DNA of 63,173 nucleotides, counting the filler, from Reticulomyxa filosa (taxonomy: Eukaryota; Protista; Foraminifera): the NCBI GenBank assembly GCA_000512085.1. It is 13 parts of 13 records of this genome, joined end to end, with 100 filler letters (N's around TTAATTAATTAA, not from the genome) between each part and the next. Parts side by side here need not be neighbours in the genome. Positions count along the whole stretch, not along the records: positions 9,717 to 18,676 come from ASPP01001933.1; positions 18,777 to 25,982 come from ASPP01022712.1; 11 more parts are not named here. One strand, written 5' to 3'. The notes beneath the pieces were generated by a model, which saw nothing but the letters and a program-made list of their open reading frames with translations, had not been told where the DNA came from and ran no database searches. This document shows, piece by piece, positions 11,442 to 23,700 of the stretch; within the stretch, counting starts at the first letter, position 1, and each line of letters starts with the position of its first letter. The position numbers and the translations under genes are program-made.

Positions 11442-13581
11442 TCATAATAATCCCCAAATCCGAACCTCACAGCCACTACAGCCTGATACAATTATATTCC
11501 CATTTTGAGAGACATCCACACATTTCACAGAATGAGAATGTCCTTTCAACATTTGTATTTCATTTCCTGATTCTATGTCCCACAATTGAATGGTGTTATC
11601 ACTCGAACATGATATAATTGTTTGGCCATCCAGAAAATATTTTACGTCATTCACACCCTTTGTATGTCCTTTCAATATTTTTAATTCTTTTTCTGTTTCA
11701 ATATCCCATATTCGAATTGTGTTATCAAATGAACAGGATACAATAAATTTACCATCGGGAGAAAATCTTGCGCGCATTACACCATCAGAATGTCCTTTGA
11801 ATTGTTTCAATATTTCACCAGATTCTACATTCCACAAATTAATTATTTTATCATTTGATGATGATACAATCGTTTTACCATCTGGTGAAAACTGTGTATT
11901 CGATACACCTTTTGAATGTCCTAAAAATTGTTTTATCTCTGTTCTAGAATGTACATCCCATAACCTTATTGTTTTATCTCTCAAGCCTGATATAATATAT
12001 TTTCCATCTGGAGAAATGTCTACATCCCATATCTGATCGAAATCTCTTTCTAATTTCATTACTTCATTTCCTGTATTAATATTCCATAATCGAATTGTTC
12101 CATCTCCTGAACATGAAACGATAGTATATCCATCTGGTAAAAATCTCGCAGTAAATACAAAAGCAGTATGTCCTGTAAAAATCTGAAGTTGTTTTCCTGA
12201 TAAAACATCCCATATTCGAACAGTATGATCATATGATGCCGAAATAATCTTGTGACCATCTGCAGAAAATCTTACACTACTCACTGATTTTCTATGTCCT
12301 TGTAAAACCATTAATAATTCATAACCTTTTACCTGTTTAAAAATGCCAATTATATCACATGTATATAATAATAGTCACTTGCATGCAAGAAAAATATTAC
12401 TTAACATAGTTGATAACAATTTTGTCAAAATCATTGATCCATCCTAATTTTATCTTCAAAATTCGAATCCAATGTTGAATAACAAATTTTATAATTACCA
12501 GCTGTGGAATATCCCATACACGCACTTTTGTCTTCATATGAGTTGATAATGTGATCTTTTTATCATCAATTCCTCCAATGATGTGTACATGAGTGTTGTC
12601 TTCACTCAATATTGCAACACAGCTCTCCAATGGACTGGGCAAGTCTTCAAATGTCGTCCATTTGTTTTCTTCAATTGAATATTTGTGCACTGATTCTGAG
12701 ACAACCCATTTATTACCATTCCAACCATATCCACCAAAGAATAATATAGAATCATTGATACACACATATGCATATTGATAGAGTAGTGCAATATCATCAC
12801 AAACAGGTAGTTGATGACATTGAAAAGTGTTATTATCTTCATCATATTCAATTGACAATCCTGTCTTGAAACAAAACAACAGCATTCCATAATTTTTTTT
12901 CATTTCTTGTCCATTTTCTGATTTTGATACAAGGCAATGAAATGATATTCCATTTTTTGTTGGTAAAGTTTCATGTTTAATAAATTGAAATGTATTTAAA
13001 TCAAACACACTAATATTGTTTTCATAATAAGTGATAAATAACAGATTATTGTTGCTTCCACTAATCATTGCACGCATTCCTTGATAATCGTCATTATCTC
13101 TTCCAATGATAATTGGATGATTGTGATCGTCTGCAAAAGGGACCCATTTATTGTAATTGTTTGATTTCTCTAATCTCCTTGATTCATTCATTTCATTTTC
13201 ATTACTCCAAACACTTACATATTTCATCACCAGTGTATATTTTTTTCTATATTTTTTTCCGCCAAAAGACAACAAAGTGATTTGATTGCTGTCTTTGTTA
13301 TTGTTATCTACCAGTTTCACTACACAGTGTCCTTCTAAATAAACATCAGTTGGATACTCACAGATAAATTTGTATTCATTTTTGATTGTATGATAAGAAT
13401 AACATTTTCTTTGATGTTTACCTCCACAAATGAGGATTTCGTGTTTGTGTGGTACACACTGAGATTGAGAAAGTGGGACGGGTAAATCTTTCAAACTTTG
13501 AAAAGGAGTTGAAGTATTAATATGTTGACTTTGTTTAGTTTGTCTTTCAGTAGTTTTTTTTGTTGTAGTTCGATTAGCCAT
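11442..13581 (-). CDS. Kelch-type propeller + 33-aa cassette + WD40 propeller fusion protein (~688 aa); exons 13581-12406 and 12332-11442
   Basis: The Kelch ORF (ICGG, SFGG, FFGGY, IIGG) and the seven-repeat WD40 ORF are joined in frame by a 73-nt phase-0 intron GTTAAG...AAACAG (12405-12333), giving IVINY|VKGYELLMVLQGH. Confidence 0.8.
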
Positions 13582-15180
13582 ATTGTTAATGTTGATGAAT
13601 TTTTTTTAAAAAAAAGGTTAATGTGGTCCTTTTGAAAGACAGAAAAAGTATTTTACATTATTCAAACAAAATTTGGTTTTTAATGTATTTAAAATGTTTT
13701 CAAAATAAAATTTAAATTGGGATTGAGATTTACAAAAATATGTGAATGAAGTTACGATTAGCATAAATTAAATGCGATTTAAACTTTTTTCTTTTTTGTT
13801 CAAGCCAATTAATAACAAAAACTTTTTTAAAGTGCGTTTTTCTTGATTTTTGTTAAATGTTAATTTTTTCCATAAAATTATATTTGCATGTATTGATTTA
13901 CAGTCATGAAAAAAGCATAATGTTCAAACGCCTTGTTAATATTTCAATGGAATCACTTGTACTAAGAAAGATAACAAGTTATGTTGAAACAATAAAGGGA
14001 TTTTTTTTGAGTTTTGTGAAGCGAGACATTCAGTTCGACTGTAGTTGTTTTAAGGAGAAAAAAAGCCGTTTTCATTGTTTTAAAAGTTTCCCAAAAGTGT
14101 GTTCTTGTTAGTAGAAAAGTGAACTGGTTTTTTTAAGTTTGAAATTGATTTATTGTGAATAAAGCTCTAATATTGTTTCTTTTTTAATAAAGGAAAAAAA
14201 ATCAGAATAATTCGAAAAATGTGTAAATTCAAAGAATTGCAAATTAATAAAAACATAATAATATTTTTCTTTGACATGTATTCAATAAAAATGAAAAAGC
14301 GAAATTTTTAAATGTACGCAGACTTAAAAAAACAGCTTTAGTAACATTTGAAAGAATGTTTTCAAAGGACGCGAAGATAGCGTTTTTTTGGTTTCACAAC
14401 AATAATAAAAATAATGTATTATTTTGACAAATTTAAGACGTAATATTTACGTCTTTTTCCTCGTTTCATATGATTACATACAATTAAATAGATCAAATAA
14501 TTACTACGGTGCTAACTCATGTTACGGTTCAATCAATGGTAACATTTGGTGATAATATTGCTTTTCAGTACCAAAATTTTTTTTAACGAAGTGACCTTTT
14601 TTGAACAAATTGAACAAGTAGATTGTCCCCAACAAATAAATCGACATAATATCTTTTATGCATTATAAAAGTATCTTTGAGAGAATAGTCTTTTTGAAGA
14701 TATCATCAGTCAAAAAGATAATTTTAACGTTAGTATTTTATCAAAGATAACGGGTCAGACAACTCACAACATCATACATATACAATACATGCTATAGTCG
14801 TTGCAAAAAAACTTGAATACCTAAAATATACCTAATGAAAATTATCCGTTTATTTCATATTATTTTTTGTTTTTCTGTTTTAAAAATGGATGTTTTGTGC
14901 GCTCCCTAGAACTTAAAAATAGTTTTCTTTTTTCTTATTGCTGATACATGTTCAACATGTTAAGCTAAGTGATACATCAAATCCTATGATCAATAACTCT
15001 TGCAAGAATTGTGAAGTTTAATTTAACATCCCTAAAGATTTGAGTTAAAAAAAACTCATAACTCTAATGTTATGAAAGTCCAAAAGTAAAAATAAAAAAT
15101 TTGGAGTGCCATTCCTTAATAGCAAAAAAACACTCTGACTATCAAGAAAAATTGGCAACTCCAAAAAAATTTTGAGTAAT

Positions 15181-15789
15181 TTACTGTCGACTAATGACAA
15201 CAACTGGAATTCCAACTCCAATTTGAACACCTCCATTATCCTTTGAAAAAGCGCGCACTTCGTAGAGTCCTTCTGATGGAGCTGACAAAACATTTTCACC
15301 TTTCTTTTCAGAGTTCAAATAAAACCAGCAAATATCATGTTTGTCATTTTCCTCTTCGCTTCGGCTTTTTACTGATACAGGTACTAATCCTATCCATGCG
15401 TTACTTTCAAGAGGCTCTGGTTTGCCATTGAAACTCGTAAAGTCATAAGTAATTTCAATTCTTCCTCTCTCGTAGACCCACGGATCAGATACTTTAAAAT
15501 AGTTGATGATAATAGGAATTCCAACTCCAATTTGTTCCGATTGTGAGTCTTTCGGAAACCAGCGAATCTCATATCTTCCAGGCTCTCCTCCCCGGAGGCA
15601 CCAACTATCCTTGTTTGAATAAAAGTAGTTAACGTCATGGTTATCGTTCGCATTTTCCTCTCGACTTTCAACATGTGCAGGAATTAAGCCAATCCATGCG
15701 TCACTTTCTGTACTTATTGTTTTCAATGCTTTGACATTAATTTCTTGTGAAGGATAAAATACTTTGCAATTTTGTGTTATTTGCAACAT
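15181..15789 (-). CDS. Intronless 202-aa protein with two tandem copies of a beta-sandwich-like (SKICH/Ig-like) domain
   Basis: AWIGLIPAHVESREENANDNHDVNYFY..GRYEIRWFPKDSQSEQIGVGIP versus AWIGLVPVSVKSRSEEENDKHDICWFY..GLYEVRAFSKDNGGVQIGVGIP. The fold assignment is an inference. Confidence 0.8.
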   Translation of the reverse strand: MLQITQNCKVFYPSQEINVKALKTISTESDAWIGLIPAHVESREENANDNHDVNYFYSNKDSWCLRGGEPGRYEIRWFPKDSQSEQIGVGIPIIINYFKVSDPWVYERGRIEITYDFTSFNGKPEPLESNAWIGLVPVSVKSRSEEENDKHDICWFYLNSEKKGENVLSAPSEGLYEVRAFSKDNGGVQIGVGIPVVVISRQ

Positions 15790-16343
15790 GACTTAATTAC
15801 CTACAAACACTTAACCAAAATTTGAAGTGAACAAGGGGAATTACGCGAGTAAAAAAATAATAAAATTGACCCAAACTAATACAAAAAATTATTGTTGTGA
15901 TTTTAATTTTCCTTTTCATTTTGGATACTTTGATTAAAAGAAAACTTACAATAAATTTTAAAGTTTGTTCTCTACTTAAAAAAATCTGATTAAAATTTAA
16001 CTTGCTCCTGCCCATTAATCGTATCTTCCCTTAAAGATTACTATTTTACAACGTCACAGTCTCAGCTCTTCATATACGCATGAGCGTCTTTTTCATGTTT
16101 TTTTGTGACAAAAATTTGATTTTATTCTTGACTTCAAACATTCACGTTAGCTGTATAACTTGGAAAGTACATTAATATCGTTGAAAAAAAGAAGAAATAT
16201 AAAAAAGAAAAGAGAAAATAACACGTATAAACCTGTAGTGCAACAACATATGTGCATTTGAAAATAAAAATCAAAACAAAACTTTACCGATATCTTCATT
16301 TCATAAAAATTGTTATAAATTCAAAAAAATTATTTATATGTGT

Positions 16344-17325
16344 TTATCCCCAAACACGAATTGTATTATCATATGATCCATAACATATGACATTCGAATT
16401 ACCACCAACTTCGTCATCTTTCTTTACAAATGGTGAACATTCAACAGCAAAGAGAGTACTTGTATGTCCGTTGAACACTTGAATTTGTTGACCAGATCTA
16501 ATATTTTACAAACGAACGCTATCATCATTTGCTCCAGATAATATTGTATTTACTGATTCATTTAATCCTATTTTACACTTAAAATTAAATTTCCATGTCC
16601 TTTGATAAAGTAAATTGTTTAGTTGTTCCAATATCCCAGATTCGAATGTTATTATCAAATGATCCAGAACAAATTCTATATCCATTATCATCAAACATCC
16701 AATACTATTATTTTTATTGTTATCATTCTTGCCATTGTCATTGCTTTGTAAAGGTAAAATATCCACACAGAACACTACCATCATGTCCATTGAAAACATG
16801 TAATGATTTGATGTTTCAACATTCCATTAACGAACTGTTCTGTCACTAGATCCAGAACATAAATATCTATCACAATTAAATGATGAAAACTCAATACCAC
16901 CAATTCGACCTGTGTGTTCATCGAATATTTGTAATTGCTTATTATGTTTGAAATCTCAAAAACGAATGGTTTTGTCAAATAATGAAGAAAAAATAACATT
17001 TTGACGACGATTATGACAATGATATTGTGAAAATTTCACACATCTTACAATATTTTGGTGATATAATTTGTTTATTTTTGTCCACCACACACGAACTGTG
17101 TTATCATCCGATTCAAAACAAATTGAGTAATTTGAATGATGAACGAAATGTGCCGAACATGAAAACCATATTTACCTGTGTTAGTTGTAATTATGAATAA
17201 ATGACATCCGATTGAAGAAAACAAAAAATAAAAAGACATAACATAATTGATAATAAGTTTATCAAAGTCATGAATCCATCCTAATTTGATCTTTAATTTT
17301 CGAATCCAATATTGAATAATTATCA
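16344..17325 (-). pseudogene. WD40 pseudogene with 33-aa cassette (paralog of 5437-6800)
   Basis: IIIQYWIRKLKIKLGWIHDFDKLIINY then frameshifted WD repeats (PLQSN.., NTILSGANDDSVRL*, YGSYDNTIRVWG*). Confidence 0.85.
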
Positions 17326-17753
17326 AATTCACATAAAATATTCAAATTTTAGCAAAATTTGTAGAATAAAAAACCAAACCAAAAGGCATATTTAAAAATT
17401 ACTTATTCATGGAAAAATAAATTTTTTAATATTACATTTGGATTTTTTTTCATTTCAAAGAAAAGGTAATTTTTTGGTGGAATAGTAATTGAGGTCTTTG
17501 TTTTTTTTTATTTTAAACATTCCTCTTGTAAGCATTATTTTTTATTTTTTTCAAAATGGTCTGCACAAAAATTTAAATTTTGCTCGAAAAATTGATAAAA
17601 GGCTTTTGAAAATATGATATTGGTGTTTATTGCTAATGTTTCAACAACAAAAAAGTAGTTTAAATTTAACTTGAAATGGAGCATCAAGTGATATAAAAAA
17701 AAAAAAGAATTTAATGATAATAATAACAATGAAGTAAAATTGTAATCAAGAAT

Positions 17754-18632
17754 TTAGGTTGCTCTCTGTGTTTGAAACTTGATTCGTTTTTGAATGATCC
17801 ATTCGAAAACATCGAAATCTTCGTCTTCACATTGGTACAACTGGAATAAAAATGAAACATACATATAAAAAAAAAAGAGCAGAAAGGGGTGTAAGAAAAA
17901 GAAAAAAAAGGATACGAACTGATTGATGGCATTGAAACATCCAAAATTGTCCAAAATTATCTCCAACAAGTAGTTGCTGACCGTCATTAGACCATTTCAA
18001 ACGAGTCAATGGGCCAGCTTTTTCAGATCGATTTGGGAAAGATTTCAACGTAAGCATAGGGTCCTCAAAATTGGTCACGAGATGGTAAATAGACAATTGT
18101 CCAGTGCCGTCAACACAAGCAAAGACACAAGGATGTCTGGTGGACCACTGGCAATCATAAATATAATCGTCGTGCTTTCGAAACACAGCCAAAGGTTCGT
18201 TGTATTTGGCATGCCATAGTTTCAAGCTCCAATCATACGAGCTTGTTAAAAAGACATCTCCAGTTTCAATGGAGGTCATTTTCGAATGTTCTTTGTTTCT
18301 CTTGCGAAGGGGATTGCCAAAGATGGGGTTGTACTGTATATTCGTGATTGGCGCCTGATGTCCACGTATTTCGGCACGAACTTGAGCGACTTCGGATTTC
18401 GATCTTGCGTGTCTATTCTCGTTTTTTTTGAGAGACAAAGTGTATAAGACGTATGTATCGACAAGTTGTGTCAAATGATTACCTTGAAATGTTGACATGG
18501 TAAATATCGCCATCGTCACAGCCAACAACAATGGAGTGACTATCTCTAGGAGGAAAAGAAAAACAAGTGGCCAAGACTTCTCGACTGTTTAGTAAGTCGT
18601 CTTTGGAGCGTGCTGGGCGCAACAATACATCT
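17754..18632 (-). CDS. Dynein intermediate chain (cytoplasmic dynein-1 type), 3' portion
   Basis: GHQAPIT..FLTSSYDWSLKLW..DYIYDCQWSTRHPCVFACVDGTGQL..LTRLKWSNDGQQLLVGD matches the DYNC1I WD40 C-terminus. Last exon LYQCEDEDF..RAT* follows an intron at ~17920-17841. Confidence 0.85.
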
Positions 18633-19539
18633 GTCTATACATATATACATATATGTACATATATATATATATATATNNNNNNNNNNNNNNNNNNNNNNNN
18701 NNNNNNNNNNNNNNNNNNNNTTAATTAATTAANNNNNNNNNNNNNNNNNNNNNNNNNNNNNNNNNNNNNNNNNNNNGACTGTTTTAATCACAAAATAAAA
18801 TGATAAAAACAATAAAAAGGAAAACCTAAAAAAACAACTTAAACGAAACTTTCATTAATAAGCTAAAGTATCTTTTTTTCCTTGAGATGATCTTTGATGC
18901 AAAGATGATGAAAAAGATGCTTTTTAACTTTTTTTAAGATCACGAAGGGTCAATAAAAAATTCTTTGTATGTTTTGTTTTGTAGATTATCAACATCCATT
19001 GTTTACATACACACCAATGTAATTTTTTTTTATAAGAAAGAATTATTTTAACAAACCTCTAAACTATGCAAAGAGAATATGAATATAGTTGATGAAAAAA
19101 AATGAAGGACTGAAATAATTTCTAATTTCTTATTATCTTTGCTTCTTTACTAGCAAAGAAGGTTTTGTTTCTCCTTAAAAAAACTCGCAAAAAAACGTTT
19201 ATTAAAGTCAACAAGAATTTTTTTTGTTTTGTTTCTAGTTTACTCAAAATTATAGGAATGGTAATTTGAATGCACAAGAACGTATAATTGAATATGAATT
19301 ATTATTTTTTAAAATTCATTCCAAACAATACATATCAATAGTTTACGAGTCATTTCCAGACTGAATCATTTAATTTAGAGTCATTCTTTGTTCAATGTTT
19401 TTTCATTAATTTTTAATTTTTTTATGGCAAAGAGTTCTCTTCAAAATTACTTTTTTTGCAAATATGCAATTAGTCCATAAATACGTTCAAGAAAAAATTA
19501 GTAATGATTCACAATTTTGTCTTCATTTTTTATTTTCGG

Positions 19540-19695
19540 GAAACATCGCACCATCTTCGCATAAAGGCTTTTTGAAGAGAATTTTCAATTTGTTGTAGAT
19601 TCTGAAAAAGGAATGATATATTTTATCGTACATATTCAAATATTCCTTGTTTTTTGTATATATCATCTGTTTATTTTTGATACGTATTTGAGTAT
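19540..19695. repeat. Dispersed repeat, copy 2
   Basis: Similar to 10048-10235 in the same orientation. Confidence 0.7.
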
Positions 19696-20719
19696 TCAAC
19701 TATATGGAAAATCAGTATTGTTCTGAATAAAACAAAAGAAAAAGATGACTAAAAAGGACAATACTTTTTAAAAAAACTAGAAACTTTTTTTAATATTTAT
19801 AAATTTTTAAGTAATTTTGTTTGTTTTAAATTTGCAACAACGTTATCTCGAAATTTCAATTGCTCATAAACAATAATGTAAATGTCATTTGATATTGTTT
19901 TTTGCATAACATTAAAAATGATTTCAAACTGTTTGTATTTGCTGAGGCATTGTCTTTGTAGTAATACATGATACAATTATTAAAACTTGAAGTATCTGTT
20001 GTCATTGAGTCTTTTCAAAGAATTAAGGTATGAGTAGATTTGACTAAAGAATTTTTTCGTGGAAAAATTGGCCATTTGTAATAAGTACATTCACTTTGAC
20101 AATGTCTTTTATCATTGATCGCAGTAATAAATTAAAGCCTAGACAAAATACTTAAGATTAAAGCACACTAAGGCCTTATTCAAGTTCCATATCAAAATTG
20201 AATTTTTGACGAGCAAACAAAAAAACTTTCTTGTGATGTGAAAAAGTTCATTTTTACAGAGACGCTTTGAGGACTAATAAAGCTTCCAGTTTTCAAAGAA
20301 TAGTATTTCTCTAAATTATCATATTTTTTTCTCCAGAAAACTGTTGCAACAAAAATTGTTTTCTACTCAAATTTTTTTTTAACTAAAAGAATTTAATGTA
20401 AAATCGCATTGATATCTTCTCCTAGAGTAGATTTTTTTTTTATCTGTTTGGGAGGAATATAAGCTTATTTTACGTTACATTTTTAAAGTGTAAATAGAAA
20501 TAGCAGAACAGTACAAATATAAAGGATTTTGATTATTTCAACTTGTGTTAAGTTTAGCCTTAGAGTTGATTCATATCTGGGATAAATATTTTTTTAGCAA
20601 AATGAAAGCTATGCAAAGTAGAAACGACATTTGGTTAAATAGTCATGATGACGGCTTTTACAGTTAGCAATATAACAAAACGAATTTGATGATGTACATA
20701 AATGTCTTTATTTAAAGAT

Positions 20720-20795
20720 ATTCTGAAAGTGAGATAAAACTCATCATTAAATTTTTAACGTTAAATTAGGATGGATAAATGATTTGACAAATTAT
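20720..20795 (+). pseudogene. Degenerate copy of the 33-aa cassette
   Basis: SESEIKLII..NVKLGWIND(F)DK..QY|GT with small deletions. Confidence 0.7.
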
Positions 20796-21399
20796 TATCA
20801 ATACGTTAGGTATTAAATCATTTTTTGTTGCATTTCAATCTCAAATTAACCTGTCTCTTAATTCGATCGAAAATGATGAAACATTCCATATCAATCTCTA
20901 AGTTGTCTTAGCCTATCTAATCTTCTTTGCTGATGATACTGTTCTTGTCAAGTTTGTTTCATTTACCATATTGGAAATAAGTCAATAGAAATTGTTGACA
21001 ATTAAAATTTGTCTTTGTTAATGACTTGGATGAATTACAGATAATTTGTTTTGAAACCAACATTTTCAATTTTTCAAAAGAATGTATATAGATGAAAAAG
21101 CATAGTTACTTTGACTTCTTCGATGCATTTGATGTAAGTTAAAGGTATAGAACTGAGACAAACATACAACAATAGAATGTTTCAGCAATATAAAAACTTT
21201 TAAAAAGAAAAAGGGACAAGTGGAAAAAAAGGAAGAACTTTTGGTTGTTTTTTTGCATTACTCATCTGACTTTGGACAAGTATGTCTTTTCAAGCCATTG
21301 TTTGCATCGAGGATAAAAGTTCTAAAGTGCGACATATCGCAAAATATAAAACAAATTAATAAAATTGCTTGACCAAAATTTGACTTATCATTTTTTGAA

Positions 21400-22360
21400 T
21401 GAAATGAATAAACAGTATATGATGAAATTACATTTTTCTTTCATGTATTTATTTGTATTAATCATCGTTGAAAAAGGGATATCTTGAAAAAACAATGGAT
21501 CATTTAATTTTGCAAATTGATCAAGATTAGCTGAAACAATCACAATTCCTTTTGCTTTTTCCAATCATTTTACCAACCATTGCATGAGTAGATTAGTGTC
21601 AAATGCGACGTAATTCTGATATTAAAATTGCTTTTCGCTGGTTAATGGGAAGAAGAAATGACAAATCAATTGAATATTATAAAAAAGACTTGAAAATTTC
21701 ATTGGAATAATTTGGTGAAAATTACACAGATGTAGCAATATCGTTCTATAATTTAGGAATGGCATATTTTGAAACAAGAGGATATGAGATGTCGATAGAA
21801 TATCATGAAAAGGCATTGAATATTCAAATTTGATGAAAAAACATGCACTTGTTGCAGTGCGGATAAAAGGAAGAACACAATAAACAAAGCTAGAGAATAT
21901 GTTGATAAATTATTTAACATTTTAATGAATAATAAAAGTAATAACATTGATTTAGATCTCACAAATTACTATAATGTGTTGGGATTGATATTGAAAAATG
22001 ATGAAACAAATGAAGAAGCAATTTAATATTTTGAAAAATCATTAAAAATTAGATTAAAAAACTGAATGATAATCGTTCTCGTATTGGTTGGTCTTTTTAT
22101 TATTTGGCAAATACATTTAAAAACAAGAATGAGTTGAACAAATCAATTGGATTTGGAGAAACGGCATTGAAATTGAGATTGAATAAATTAGATTGTGATC
22201 ATCCATAAATTGGTGAATAGTATGTTCTTTTAGGAGATATTTATGTTGCAAAGGAGATACAAATAAAGCAAGAGAATATTATGAAAATGCAATAAAGATC
22301 TTTAATCAAAGATTTGGTGAACGACATCAAAAACACGGAACGTGAAAAAGATCAATGAAG
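21400..22360 (+). pseudogene. TPR-repeat (kinesin-light-chain-like) pseudogene
   Basis: FGENYTDVAISFYNLGMAY..EYHEKALNI..YYNVLGLIL..AI*YFEKSLKIRL..ALKLRLNKLDCDHP*IGE*YVLLGDIY..AREYYENAIKIFNQRFGERH; many stops. Confidence 0.85.
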
Positions 22361-23019
22361 TTTGATTATCTTTTGTAAATTTGCCGTTAATTATTTTTTA
22401 ACAATAAACAAAAAAAAGGTGAGAAATGGTGTGAAGAAAGAAATAAAAAAACTGAAATTATTGAAAAATTTGACAATAATTTTTTTTTCATCTTGAAAGA
22501 CTAGAACTGGCAATGAATACACCATTAAACATACAAAACAATTAAAATTTCTCATCATGTTGTTCCACAAAAAGTTTTGCTTTTTGAGAGAAGAATACTT
22601 TGCTAGTGTCCTCCACAGATAAAAATTTCTTGTTCAAAGAAGAATGTTATTCATTTGACAAATTAAAATTATTATTTTAGTATGGACTTCAAAAAAAGTG
22701 GAAAATCTCTTTATATTCTAAACTAGAAAACTAAAATATCATAAAAGAGAAATTATATTGATTATAAACAAAGTTGAATTGAAGTATATTAATACGTTTT
22801 CCTTTAAGTATTTTCCGATTGATATATACTCAAGTTCGTTTTTTCAGTCTTCTCTTTCAAAAAAAAATCTTTGTACAAATGATGATCAGCATCTTATGCT
22901 GGTTGGCTGGCATTTACTTTTGGACGAACCATTTTGTCTGTAAGTGAAGGAAAATATTGCATATGTGCTTATTTCCATGGAATGAGACAAAATGAAAACA
23001 ATTATATGATCAACAGCGA

Positions 23020-23700
23020 GTCAGCCAGGCGGGAATTTACCAATTTAATCCAATGGGTCTATCTAACAATTCTTTCACTGGGTTAAGATATTGAAACAAA
23101 AAAATTGTAAATATAACAATTTGGATGGCATTGCTTTAAGTGAAGTGGGCAATTGCGCAGTACTCAAACACGAATAATTTTTTTTAATTTGATTTGTGCC
23201 AATTGTCGGGTACACTACCACTAGAAATTGGGAAATTGACCAATCTAATGGCACCTGGTTTGTTTCAAAAGCAGTTGTGCCATGTATTGTCTACAAAACG
23301 AAATAGAGGTAAACCCATGTGTTATTGTTGTCCTGATTGGTATAAAAAGAGATTAGCTGTCAATTTTACCAAATTGCAGTACATTATTTTATTTAAAATA
23401 TTGATGTAATGTTGATTGATTTTGTTTCATCTTGTACTAAAAAGATTGAATGGAAAAAATTAGTGAATTTGACCAATTCAAAAATTTGACAGAATTTATC
23501 TATTTTGTATTGAATTTGAATCAGTTAAAAAACAAATGACAATAGAAATTATATTTAAATGTGCACTTTTGTCAACATTGGTGTTGCTGTTGTCAATGTT
23601 TAAACAAAAAGAATAAGTGGCAGTCGACACTTAGAAATAGAAAATTTCCTTGACTTGCAAATTCTAGAACTTACTGTCAACAAGTTAAGTTGGACCGATT
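23020..23700 (+). pseudogene. Leucine-rich-repeat remnants (plant-type LSGxIP consensus)
   Basis: YNNLDGIALSEVGNC, CQLSGTLPLEIGKLTNL, LQILELTVNKLS; fragmented. Confidence 0.55.
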
